Of a stretch of 64,000 bases of DNA, positions 12,365 to 25,150 are shown one piece after another; the stretch's first letter is position 1; each line of letters opens with the position of its first letter. The stretch spans positions 60,884,001 through 60,948,000 of the forward strand of contig OZ024742.1 of the NCBI GenBank assembly GCA_964016885.1, written 5' to 3'. The notes beneath the pieces are model-generated. The model was not told the DNA's origin. It searched no databases and saw only the letters and a list, made by a program, of their open reading frames with translations. This DNA is from Eledone cirrhosa. Taxonomy: Eukaryota. A program made the position numbers and the translations under genes.

Positions 12365-12874
12365 CCATGCCGGCTATGACTGCTTGTGACGGCCGACACA
12401 ATAAAGTGATTAGCAACTGGAAACCGTTACAATTGCGTCCCTCGACCAACCACCGATTTACAAACTTTACGTGGTGGCGGGAGAATAGAAAACAAATTTT
12501 TCGTTCCCGTCAAAAGCGGTCAGCCAACGTGTCTCAAACACAAACTAACAAGAAGTGAAAAGATGGTTATTAGAAATAATATATATATATATATTTTTTA
12601 TCCTTGACTAGTGTCTTATTTTATTGAGCGTGAAAGGATAAACCTAAAGTTGACCTGGATAGGATTTTGAACTCAGAACGTAAAAATCCGCCACAACTGC
12701 TGAAAGATAGCCTGGTAGAAATAAAGATAAAAACAAACGCGTAATAAATAAAACATATAACTCTTGAGAAAGATTTAAGTTCAAGCATGTAGGTGTTCTG
12801 CAGTGACAACAGTAATAATTCACATTCTGACTTCGTCAACATCCAAAACATAAGCATACACATACCGACCATAA

Positions 12875-13648
12875 TTAAATATGGAACGATCCGCGATTAC
12901 CCCCCCCCCCCCCACACACACACACAACCCAGGTGATCAGAATGGAGAAGACGTTTCCACGGAGGACGACAAGGGAGACGCGCTGGAAAAGCCACTCCAA
13001 CTCGCGGAGCTCACACCTGCGACTCGCCGGCTCGGCACCTATGGTGGTGAGTAGGGAGGTAGCCCTAGGGCCGAGAACACCAGAAGTCTCCACTGCCAAG
13101 GGTACAACCACAAACCTGTCAGAGAGCGACCGGTATTTGAGGAGATTAGCCTCCTCAGCCCGACGTGCAGCAGAACCCGGGTTAAACGCAGACTGCACCA
13201 GGTTGCGGCTGCAGAAAGTGTCGGTGCAAGTGGCATCCCAGACGAAGGGTTTGCCACCGCGGAACGGGAAGATGGTCATGCCAGCTGGCCTTTTGCCGTC
13301 CCCTCGATCCAGCCCCACTGTATCGAGCTGGGAAGAGATGACCTCGTTGAGGGCAGCATGGCGTCGAAGGTGGCCGGCACTGTGGCGACAGGAAAGCGGG
13401 TGGAGGCCCAAAGGGTCTACGGTGGATCCGCAGCGACATTGGTGTGGTTCGCAGATCCAGAGGCCGTGCCTCAAGGAAACGGCAATGCGCAGGCTAGCTG
13501 CATGCCAATGGAGAAGGAGAGCAGGGCATGGAGCCAAGCCCCACATCGATGTATAATAGAATGGTACCATTCGGCCCATGTCTCCAAGTCCCTTGACTAG
13601 GGGAAAGCGATAGTAACAATGGTAGTGCCTAGGACCTTTAACGGACAT
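12875..13648 (-). mobile_element. CRE-like non-LTR retrotransposon 3' fragment (zinc knuckle + restriction-like endonuclease)
   Basis: CRCG..VDPLGLHPLSC...RRHAALN, DGKRPAG(MT), VWDATCTDT, KY..L, VPLAVETSG, LFQRVSL..LRGN: the typical CRE-clade C-terminus, with the catalytic PD degraded. Confidence 0.85.
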
Positions 13649-13864
13649 TAAATGTCAGTATCTATTATAGAGCGATATATAGTAGCGAGTTAGATTGCGG
13701 CAGACGCGTTTGTAACCCAGTCTATTTCATAACTTAAAAGAGTGAGAGATAAAATTTATATCAGGAATTAGAGCGTTTATCAAAACAAAACACAATAAAA
13801 AAAGGGAAAAATTGCTTAACTTACTCACATTAGTCCGCTAGTTTGGTGATAATAATTATAAGGA

Positions 13865-14149
13865 GTCGACAAACACAGCATATTTATCAATGCTAGGACC
13901 GGTTGTATCTCAGCGTACTCAATAGACAATACATTCCCAGAGTATATACACATAGTTATTCGCTTCAATACAACACACATAAAACGGGTGCCTATAATAG
14001 TTCCCGGACTCGACACTTAATGCAGCAGTAGGGTGTGCTGCACTCTCTGTCTGAATATATATGCAACAATGCATAATCGGCGTATGTAGCTTCATCAGCG
14101 GGTATCCCCTAATCAATAACCAATCGATCGACAGAATCCAAACCCCAGC
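13865..14149 (-). repeat. ~290-bp HHR-bearing repeat, copy 2 (hammerhead lacks GAAAC)
   Basis: Aligns with 12066-12364. Retains CCCG-CTGATGA and GTC-CGGG (14003-14102), but a short deletion removes GAAA. Confidence 0.85.
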
Positions 14150-14461
14150 TATTTCAGAGTACCAATTCTAATTTTCAATTTCTGCCTAAACCGGCAACCG
14201 CTCTGTATAATCGGTTCCAGATTATTACTAGAATTCTATAAGAATCAAACATTCATGATTTTCAGCAAAGTAGAGGAGTACTTGGCTTAGATAAGTACCA
14301 ATCAGTACGAAACAGAGCTCTGTCAGCTTTATCTCCCCTGTTTGCTGAAAATTTAAAGTAAGTGGAGACTGTCACTACTCTAAAACAATAGCGTAAGATC
14401 TTCGAAATGCTTTTAATTAAGCATACAGTGTATTGCAAAATACACTATATATACATTCTTA

Positions 14462-14512
14462 TATATATCGCTATTTCAGAGCACCATTTCTCTAATTTAT
14501 ATATATATACAT

Positions 14513-14561
<49 letters not shown>

Positions 14562-14592
14562 GAAATGGTGCTCTGAAATAGCGATATATATA
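14462..14592. repeat. Short inverted repeat around a (TA)n tract
   Basis: TATATCGCTATTTCAGAGCACCATTTCT..AATTT versus AAATTAGAAATGGTGCTCTGAAATAGCGATATA. Confidence 0.7.
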
Positions 14593-14595
14593 ATA

Positions 14596-14683
<88 letters not shown>

Positions 14684-14701
14684 TTATATATATATATATA
14701 T

Positions 14702-16610
14702 TTATCCTGCCTCCACATCGCCAACACCACCACCTTCTATGGTCCCAACAGTCACTCTCTCTCTCTGTCCGGCACGCCTTCCGCTGCACTTCCTCCAGCC
14801 TAGTGTACGAATTTCGCTGCACGGAGTGCACCACAACCTACGTCTGCCAGACTGGACGTGGCCTGGCGGACCTTTTCACGGAATACCTCCGGGATATTCG
14901 CCTCGGCGGGAGTTCCCCGATCGCACCCCACTTTCGCTCCCCTGGACATTCCACCCACCACCTCACAGTCTGTGGCATGGAACAATGCCATGGAACACCC
15001 GCCACCGGCCTCACGGTCGAACAAAGCACCATCTTCACCCTCCAGGCCCACACACCCCCCGGCGTGAACTCCCCACCCCTATTACTTTAGCCTTCGACCG
15101 CCCACCCGACGGATCACCCATACCCCCACCCTTTTCTCACTAACGCCTCAAACACACTTCCCCTTTCACCCCCCCCTCCCACTTGGCCCATCCCACAACT
15201 AACTATACTAACATCCCCACCCCTCCTTCTAACACGCACACACCCACCTGAACATATATACACGCACTCACACCATCCACACACCCTACTACCACCACTA
15301 ACCCTCACCCACACATCCATTCCGACCACCCGACAACTAACATCACTAACCTCCCCCCGACCCCACGCACACGAACACACACCATCACACACATACACAC
15401 CCACACCTATGTACACCACAAACTCCACACATCCAACCACCACTAACGCCCACTTACACACCCGTTTTCCACCCTTCCCCATCACATGTAATACTAACAC
15501 CCACTAACACCCTCTTACCACATACACACACTCATCCAAACACGCACACACACACACCAGTACACTACACTCCCTCCTCCGTCCCCAACACCTCTTCTCT
15601 CCCCCTCTCACTCTCTCCCCCTCTCTCTCTCTCCCTCTCCCCGCTTCACCCACACCCCTTCACGCACATACATCCCACTAACACCTCTACTAATATACAC
15701 CCAATCGCCCCACTTCACCTACTTCCCCCTCCACACTTCACACCTACCAATCCTCGCCCCTGTCCACCGCACCTTCGCACACACAGACACACACACACAG
15801 TCCTCACCTCACTGCTATCTTTACAACCTGTCTTGACAATCTGACCACTTCCTGTTGCGCGAGCACCCCACTACCCTCCACTTCCTACCACCAACATTGG
15901 ATTCTACACCTTCGATCATCTCTCCAATCATCCACTCCATATCTTGAAAAATATCCAGCATCCCTCCACACATCTGACGGAACTCCCTCAGGATCTAACC
16001 CACGAACATACACTCACACATTTTCCCCACCACGCCACCCACATCAACACCACATATAAACACAAACACACACGTGCATACCTCCACATATACACAATCT
16101 CCGGAATCCACACGCCACCTCCCCCAACCCCTGACCCCTCTCCTTCCGCATGCACGCACACACCGACTTACACCCCACCCCACGCCAACACCTTTTCCTG
16201 AACATGGAACCTCGTTCTTCCTCAAACTCCTACATACACACGCACACACTCATGTACACCTACACACATACACAAATACCTCCTTCAGCCTTCCTCGCTT
16301 CGAGCCCCCTTCTCCCAACTCCGCCCGCCACCAAATTTACACGCCTCACACCCCTCCACCACTTGTCCATCTTATTGTTTATTCTTATGTTTATTTTTAC
16401 GTTTACGTTTATTCTTATTTTTATTTGTTCTCCTTCCCCCTTTTTTCTAAATGTATTTCCACACACACTCTGAACTCTCTTCCTAACTTATTTACTCCTG
16501 AAGAAGGGCTTATGCCCAAAACTTCGTTCCCCCCTCCTCACTCTCAGAAGCGTGAACCTAATAAACCTTTATTTGTCTGCCTCTCTGTTTTGTTCCCGTA
16601 TAAATGTGCA
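14702..16610 (+). mobile_element. PLE 3' part: GIY-YIG fragment, long C/A-rich 3' region and degenerate minimal HHR
   Basis: FRCTSSSLVYEFRCTEC...YVCQTGRGLA....EY.RDI.....PIAPHF...GH (14760-15090). CTGAAGA-AGGGC-TTAT-GCCC-AAAAC at 16498-16522, then AATAAA and (TA)n. Confidence 0.8.
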
Positions 16611-16611
16611 C

Positions 16612-16643
<32 letters not shown>

Positions 16644-16662
16644 CACACAAACACATATATAT

Positions 16663-16695
<33 letters not shown>

Positions 16696-16750
16696 CATAC
16701 ATACACACACACACATACACACATATATATACACACATATATATACACAT

Positions 16751-16789
<39 letters not shown>

Positions 16790-16962
16790 CACATACACAC
16801 ACACACACATATATATATATATATTTATATATATATATATATGTATATACATATATATGGATGCGTGTGCGCACATTTATATATATATATAAATATATAT
16901 ATACACACAACTATACATATATATACACATATACACACATACACACACACCCGCACATATGC

Positions 16963-17032
<70 letters not shown>

Positions 17033-17277
17033 GTAAGTATGCATGTATACGTACATACATATATGTATACAGACGTACAGTAGCATGCACATATATATAT
17101 ATATATACATATATATATACATATGCATACAGGTACACATACATTTATGCACGTATCAGTTTGGCGGCGCTTATTATAACGTCGCTTTGTTCGTTTGTAA
17201 ACAAACTGAACAGCCTGAATTTATGCCATACGGTGTTAAGGCAACCACGTCACCTTTTTGTTCAACACTGACACAGG

Positions 17278-17322
17278 AACGATGTACTAGTTTCAAGCTT
17301 GTTAGCTATCATCAGCACCGTT
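17278..17322 (-). ncRNA. Minimal type I hammerhead ribozyme (left arm)
   Basis: Exact reverse complement of 17548-17592. Confidence 0.85.
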
Positions 17323-17547
17323 TACCCATCTGCCAGATAGTTGAACGTTCGAAAGTATATACTTTCCTTATGAAAATTAACGGCTGAGCAGCCTAATTTG
17401 CATATTGAGTGAGTTAAATCGGTCAGGCATACCGAAAACGATAAATTGAAACATGCAAATTGAAATATGCAAATTAGGCTGCTCAGCCGTTAATTTTCAT
17501 AAGGAAAGTATATACTTTCGAACGTTCAACTATCTGGCAGATGGGTA

Positions 17548-17592
17548 AACGGTGCTGATGATAGCTAACAAGCTTGAAACTAGTACATCGTT
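17548..17592 (+). ncRNA. Minimal type I hammerhead ribozyme (right arm)
   Basis: AACGGTG-CTGATGA-T-AGCT-AACA-AGCT-T-GAAAC-TA-GTA-CATCGTT: 7-bp stem I, 4-bp stem II, palindromic stem III ACTAGT, GUA cleavage predicted after 17585. Confidence 0.85.
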
Positions 17593-17895
17593 CCTGTGTC
17601 AGTGTTGAACAAAAAGGTGACGTGGTTGCCTTAACACCGTATGGCATAAATTCAGGCTGTTCAGTTTGTTTACAAACGAACAAAGCGACGTTATAATAAG
17701 CGCCGCTAAACTGATACGTGCATATATGTATGTGTACCTGTATGCATATGTATATATATATGTATATATATATATATATGTGCATGCTACTGTACGTCTG
17801 TATACATATATGTATGTACGTATACATGCATACTTACATTTAAGTAAGTGCCATACTAAGAGTGAGAAATGAAATTTCGTTTTCATTTTGTTTCA

Positions 17896-17965
<70 letters not shown>

Positions 17966-18056
17966 GCATACATACATATACATACACATACATATACACA
18001 CGTACACATATATACCCATATATATACATATACACACATACACATATACACATACT

Positions 18057-18125
<69 letters not shown>

Positions 18126-18127
<2 letters not shown>

Positions 18128-18270
18128 CTGTTTCTACTTTAGGCACAAGGCCAGCAATTACTGGTACTTTATTTTATCGACCCTGTAAGGATGAAAGGCA
18201 AAGTCAATCTCGGCGGGATTTGATCTCAGATCGTAAAGGGACGTAACTATACTGGAAAGCATGGCGTCCG
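18126..18270 (-). mobile_element. SINE family 1 copy
   Basis: Reverse complement of the family consensus (TTTTATCGACCC...GAAAGGCAAAGTCAATCTCGGCGGGATTTGA). Another minus-strand fragment lies at ~10750-10855. Confidence 0.75.
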
Positions 18271-18333
18271 ACCTTTATATATATATATAACAGCGATGAA
18301 TTAGTTTTGCGAGGTTTTTTATATGACATCGTG

Positions 18334-18384
<51 letters not shown>

Positions 18385-18889
18385 ATATATATATATACAT
18401 ACACACATACATACACATACACACACATATACATACAAATGCATACACACACACACACATACACACACACATATATATAGACATATACACACACAGACAC
18501 ATACATATATACATATAAACACATATAAAAATACACAAAGGGGAAAATTTAAGGAAACAATCAAGATATGAAAAAACCATCAAATAACATAAATTAAAAT
18601 TAAGTAACATAAAATACAACTAGAGAAAAGTAAAGTATAAGTTATAAGTTTGAAAGGTAACAAAACGAAGGTAGGGTTCGGGTGGGAGGGGTTCGTGGGG
18701 TTGGGGAGTGTGTTTAATGTTTAATGTCGATTCCGTTGTCTTATGGGATCATCGTTTAGGAGGAAGAACTGGTCTATATGACTTGTAATTTGTATAGTTT
18801 TTGTGCATGCAATTTGGGCAGTGTTCTGAGAGTCTAGTGAGTAATGGTCATTTTGCGAATAGTATTTCGTTTTTGTTTTTTCTAAGAAA

Positions 18890-19120
18890 CTCCATCCTTT
18901 AATCCCACCATTACCTCTACCACCCCACCCCCACCCAAACCTCTACCCTTCCCTTACTCTGACAAAATGTATAAATACCAAAAATTTACATTGACAGTCT
19001 GATGATTTCCTCCCAAGGAAACAGTTCTAGTCCTGTAGAAGCCATTTCTATATTAAATTACTTTTACTCTGCTATGTATTGAGTACCTTACTGTGGTTAT
19101 CCCCGATTTAACCTGGGATC
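18890..19120 (+). mobile_element. PLE-type 3' end with degenerate HHR
   Basis: C-rich tract, then CTGATGA (18999-19005)...GAA-ACAG...CTGT-A. Stems I and II are decayed; it ends in (TA)n. Confidence 0.45.
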
Positions 19121-19128
19121 TACATATA

Positions 19129-19139
<11 letters not shown>

Positions 19140-19169
<30 letters not shown>

Positions 19170-19541
19170 CCTGTCTGTTTGAGTGTTTGTTTGTTTGTTT
19201 GTTCACGAAATCCTCCTATGGTTCTGGAGATAGACAGCCATAACCATATATATTCTGAAACTACTTTGGCTGGGGTACTTGGATAAGTATATTTCATTTC
19301 AATCAAAGGGTTCCCCGGGGGCACAAAACCCCGCTAAAAATGTTTTCCATTCGATTTATATGAAATTTAAACGATAGGTCAATGACAAGATGCCTATTCA
19401 CAACATTTCAGCAAATTTCAATAATATTAAGACACCCTAATGGAGCTTTTCTCCATAAATTATATCACTGATTTAAAATCAATCATCATTTTCTTACAAA
19501 ATAAATGTGTGAAACACAGCAAGGCGTGGCTAGTTCGGCTA

Positions 19542-19543
<2 letters not shown>
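19140..19543 (+). mobile_element. Possible non-autonomous Helitron-like element
   Basis: 5' (GTTT)n tract and a 3' GC-rich degenerate hairpin ending in CTAG-T, inserted in (TA)n. Confidence 0.45.
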
Positions 19544-19639
<96 letters not shown>

Positions 19640-19991
19640 GTGAGTGTGTGTTGGAATTCATGAGTTATTTGATCAATAGTACAGCGTGTTCGGGAAATTC
19701 ACTTCGTTGAGCATTCTATTTTTAATTAAATTCTTGGGGAGATTCAGTGCAGCACGGATGAAAAGGCTGGCCCTCTGCATTACAGGTACACCTCATTTAT
19801 CCAGCTAAATGACCTCGAACATTGTTAACTATTATGACATGTTCAAGTACACAACACACCACCGAGAATCAAACTAACACTTTTACCATCGTCAGCCGAA
19901 CACCATACCTACACACATTCTGTGGCGCTACTTTGATAACATATCTGCTTGATCACCAAACTTAAATGAGAGTGTTTAGTCGATTCTGGGT

Positions 19992-20140
19992 TAATTGGCA
20001 GAGCATTTAGAACATCGGATAGAATGCTTTCTGCTATTCGTTCCGTTTCACTGCACCCTGAGTTCAAATCCTACCTTGGTCAACTTTGCTTTTCATCCTT
20101 TTGAGTTTGATAAACATGTGCAAGTTTAGTACTGGGCTCG
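19992..20140 (+). mobile_element. SINE family 1 copy
   Basis: TGGCAGAGC...GAGTTCAAATCC...GGTCAACTTTGCTTTTCATCC. Further decayed copies at ~21115-21330 and ~25330-25470. Confidence 0.7.
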
Positions 20141-22486
20141 ATTCTTCCTCTCTCTCTCTCTCTCTCTCACAATTTCTCTCCCTCTTTCTAACTCTCTCCT
20201 TTCTCTCTCTCTCACTTTCTCTCTCTCTCTTTCTTTCTCTCTCTCTCTGGAGGAAATCGGCTGTAATCAGACCTGAAAACGAGATGGTCTCCATCAGATT
20301 TTAAAAATACTCAAGAAACGTTGTATGCCACTGCGGTAAGGGTGAACAGTTATGGGCAAGGATGAAAAAATGAAGTCAACTGCACCGATGGACTAAATTA
20401 CTGGTATTGCTAGTATTTAATTTAATTCCCCAAGCTTAGTTTGTTAAAACACAAGCACGATCCTGGTGTTATTTCATTTCACAACATTGAAAGAATATAA
20501 TGCAAATAACCGCATATCAAGTTCCCCTAGGTTAACGATTTTCTTTATTATAAGCTTTCTAGGAAGACTTTATCTCTACATTTCGTGTCTTTGCATTAAA
20601 TTTACTCAATCTAGGATATTAAGATCGTTAACCAACAAGCTATTTCTGTATGGAGCTGCATCGGCTCTGTTACACAACCTATTTCGTATTAAACATGTAC
20701 GTTTGTCTAATTAGAAGATGCAGGCTATATTGATCTAACCAATATCAACTGGTAATATCGATCACATTGACATCTATACGTTTAATTGACATTCGCTTTA
20801 TTGTGTTATGTATTCGGCGGGTGTGTCAATATGGTATGGTAGGCAGTTCAATAATTTGTTTGCTCTCAGATACGGATCTGTCCGTTCCAAAGACATTAAA
20901 ATCTCGTGAGCATGGAGAGGGGAAATCATTTCTCACTTTTAAACCCTTCTTCTTTTTAATCGAATGCCTTGTAGCCATGACTCAATGGTTAAGAACTTTC
21001 CTATCAGGAGCTCCCGGCTTCTCATGGAAGTCATGGTTCTCAGTACAGCCACACACCGTAAGTAATTATAGCGGAAATAGAAAGTATATTTAAACTAATT
21101 CTTCGTTTAATGGTGGTGATTGACAAGATTGATAGAACGGCAGATAAAATACCATTGCGGCATATTTTCAGGCTTTTACATTCTCACTTCAAATCCCGCC
21201 AGGCTCAACTTTGCCTTACAGCCATTCGAACACAATAACATAAGGTACCCATCAAATACTAGGGTTGATGTTTTCAACTTTAACGTTTCCCCAAATTCGC
21301 TGGCCCATTGCCTAAGCTGGAGATCAATAGTCTGTGGTTCTCATTGTTTTTTTTTTGTTTTGTTTTTGTCCTTAAAATTGCCATTAAAGAATTTTGATTA
21401 TAATCGTTCCCAGTAAATATTTACAGTGGAATTTAAATGATATTTAACCGAAATGTATTCAGAATATTGTCTCTTAGCTGATATTTCTAGCCCTCAGAAT
21501 GTTCTTATGTATTCACCAATTCCTAATTAATCACGCTAGATGTTTCACATTTAAACAACAAATGATGCAAAGCTTCTCTCTGTTACATAACCTTCACAGA
21601 CGTGATTTCAAAATCGATTTTGTCAATTGTTTCTAAACCCTACAAACTACGTGGACACAGAATGGACAAATGACCAAGAAGTTTCCCTTGCAAGGATGAA
21701 GCTCTGCGCTTTGTCCCACTGACAGGCATATTGAACAAGTGTCTTTACCATAGACACGAGTCGACCCAAACATAGTGAATGGAATTGAGGAGGCGAAATC
21801 TGTGTGGCAGCTGAAATGGATTGCACCTGTAGATCCAATCTGGTCGCATTTTTGTCATCCTGTTTCAAGAAGGGAAGTACATTAAGTGTACATATATCTG
21901 TGAAATATTCTACCACTTTCATATTTATTCAATTGGGTAGATCAAAACTGGGCTGAGGCTTGACGGATCGGTTATACTTTTACTTCAAAGAAGCAGCCTC
22001 ATTATATAATGTGTAATGCTGTTTACATTAAGGATACATGTGGCTCTATAGAATACATACTGCTTATACATAAATTCAGTTAAGTCGATGCAATCTGAGT
22101 GGAAAACCGTCCAATAGATTCGACTCAGGGATTTCATTAACAATACACATGTTATATCTGTATAATACGATAGTATTTACTCATAAATTCATCTCAGTTG
22201 ACAAAAAGTGTATGGAAGCCCCTCTAATTCTATTGTCCAGTAATGATACACAGTACCTCATGTAGATACGTTAAGGATAGAGTTGGTTATGGAATACTCA
22301 ATCCCTGACAAATTATTTCATAGGTTCTGTTGTCGAAATGGATGGAAGATCCAGAATCATTTCTGGCTCTATAATTCGTTTTGTGCTTCCATTTATGACA
22401 CTGCCATATGCGATGGTACCGTTGCCTTTAAATTATTTTAGTTGATCAGCTTTCTTTTCGACACCCATATTAAGTAAATCAGCTAC

Positions 22487-22541
<55 letters not shown>

Positions 22542-23892
22542 CTCGAATGCCTAATGTATCTTCGAAAGTAAAATACGCTTACTTTACACCGTTATTCATA
22601 AGTACCGATTCGCAAACACACACACACACAGACACACACACACTTATAAACATATATATGGCGGCGATACAAAATATTTGGTCGGAACAATTCTATCAAA
22701 GTGTTAATTAAAATAACTCAAGAGACAGATTCATTAATGAATATGTTGCTCTGCATTCGTTTCCTTCATATCTGCTACTAGCCTTTTCATTAAGTAGAGA
22801 ATTGGAAGAGTTGTTAAGACATTTCTATCAAATTCCTTACGGTTTAGCGATTTAAAATTCAGTGAAAGCACAAATTATTACTTCGCAGTGAATGAAGGCT
22901 CTTAATTACAGATATAATGCTCAAAATGTTTCAGAAACTATAACCTGGAGGGGAAATGTCAGATGGATATAGAGGAAGCTACGAAAAGGCATATTTAATC
23001 TCTATAACCTTCGATATTATTTATTGGAATGTGTGTGGCATAGTAGTGGCATACAGACAATTGTCTAATGTGAGCTAACTGCGAATCCATTTCTGTAATT
23101 AGTTGACAATATGTCCGAGCTGATATGTTTTGTCAGATTCCAAAAATGACAACTTAATACTCCCTCCATATTTTGAATAGGGTATGACTATAACATTTTC
23201 TTTTTGTGTGTGTGTGGGGGGGGGGGGGGGGGGTTCAATATATTTCAGGAGATCGAACTCGTGTTCCGTAATTTGGTCTATCAATTCACCAGGCCTCTTT
23301 ATTGTAGTGTATATAATCTGTCTCATATCACAAGACATGGCGCCCTAATACATATATGTTTGTCATATATAATGATAACCAATGAACACAGATCTTTCGT
23401 GAATTTATAAACGCCCCTATTGCCTCGAGTTGATGTGTAATGGTCCATGTATGGAGTGACAGCATCTTCAGCAAGTGTTTATGAATTGCATCGAGGTTCA
23501 TTATTTGGAACAAGATTTTATATACCAGTAGCTTTGCTACTCAATAATTGAACAAATGTTATTCCTTTTATTTACTGATAATGGTAATACTTTTGACAGC
23601 CAAACAATACAATACTGATTGCAATGACCTTTTAGATTTATTACCGTAAATGACAAATCATTGAGGCGTTATCAAAACTGGAACCATCTACCATCACGTT
23701 AGACTATTGAAATACACGCGTTTGATAAATATTAATGTATACGTTCCGTCAGTATTCATTTGTATACACGTTGATCTTGTGCAAATTGCACGTTTTAATT
23801 AGAAATAACCATCAATTATATAGATCAATATGGCATTTTAATTGTTTTATTTATAAGTTGCATATATAAATACGAATATAAATATACATATG

Positions 23893-23930
<38 letters not shown>

Positions 23931-24628
23931 ACTATATGTTAATATATGTGTATGTATGTATATGCATAGTACATGCATCCACCCATCAATATATTCATTC
24001 AAACATACATACATACATACATACATACATACATACATACATACATACGTAATTTTGAGAGTGTATATGTGTGCATACATATGTACATATGACTTTTATT
24101 ATCGTTTAAAGAAAATAAAAACAAACAAAATATGAGATCTGGTTTTGGAATTAAGAAATATCCATTTTCTTTCGCTTTGAGTAATGCATTCAGAAAAACA
24201 TTCAGATATTATGCAGTGTTTCTTAATATGACGCCATTTTATCTCACTCCTAAAGACAAAGCACCATGTTATTTTTATCTTTCCTCATGAATAAGCTGTT
24301 TCTTCGGTGAATTTCTACTCACGTCATGGCATTTGCTAATGTTTAGGAAGTTTTAAGAAATGACTTCGCTCTGTATACATAAATATATACAAAAATATAT
24401 ACATAGATAAATACATACATACATTCAAACATACATACATACATACAAACATACACACATACATACATACATATATACATACAAACATACAAATATATAC
24501 ATACACCCGAACATATACCCGTACATATACATACGCTCACACGCACATGTACCCGAAAACCTAAACACACATCATATATATATATATATCTATATATATA
24601 TATACATAATATATACATACACACACCC

Positions 24629-24683
<55 letters not shown>

Positions 24684-24851
24684 GAGAGAGAGAATAATAA
24701 ATATATTTGTGTGTGTGTCAGCAGGAATCCTGGTGCACTTTTATGTACATACGTACATACGTACAAGTGTGTTCAGCGCGTGTGCATTAGTGTTTGTGTA
24801 TTGTAAATATACTGCATATGGTTCACTTTATTTTAAGCCATTTACTATGAA

Positions 24852-25150
24852 AACAAATGCGATTTGTTTCAAAATATGAATCAAAGAATACGTATACGGA
24901 ATAAACTTTTTGTGCTACCCTTTCAATACTTTAACCTCATTCGGTGTTTCATATGAGAATATACAAATATTTATGCTTCTCGGGTATTTTTTTCGAAGCA
25001 CATGGTACGGAGTTGCATAACAAATGCGATTTGTTTCAAAATATGCATCAAAGAATAAGTGTGTTGACAGTATTATTTTTCTACTAACATATTAATATTA
25101 TAAACCCATTCGATGTTATTTAAATGAATATACACATATTTCTGCTGCTG
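24852..25150. repeat. Degenerate direct repeat, ~167-bp period
   Basis: AACAAATGCGATTTGTTTCAAAATATG.ATCAAAGAATA at ~24852 and ~25019, with further matching blocks. Confidence 0.7.

Larger units (their letters stand above)
17028..17842. repeat. Near-perfect inverted repeat: 379-bp arms, 57-bp spacer
   Basis: 17028-17406 is the reverse complement of 17464-17842 with about two mismatches; embedded in TA/CA microsatellite. Confidence 0.95.
16610..18530. repeat. Extensive (TA)n/(CA)n compound microsatellites (also at 1-380, 2835, 11240-11670, 14500-14700, 62340-62780, 63240-63510 and elsewhere)
   Basis: Directly visible; these tracts produce the spurious IY/HT/CV-repeat ORFs. Confidence 0.95.

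Noticed and set aside
16544-18619. Numerous ORFs rich in IY/HT/CV repeats (also at 27-218, 2722-3045, 10137-10452, 11409-11693 and 62342-63535)
   Set aside because: These are translations of stop-free (TA)n/(CA)n microsatellites, not genes.
21650-21760. RING-like CSICL...LHPC...CPFC in an alternative minus frame
   Set aside because: Metal ligands are incomplete and there is no exon context; probably chance.
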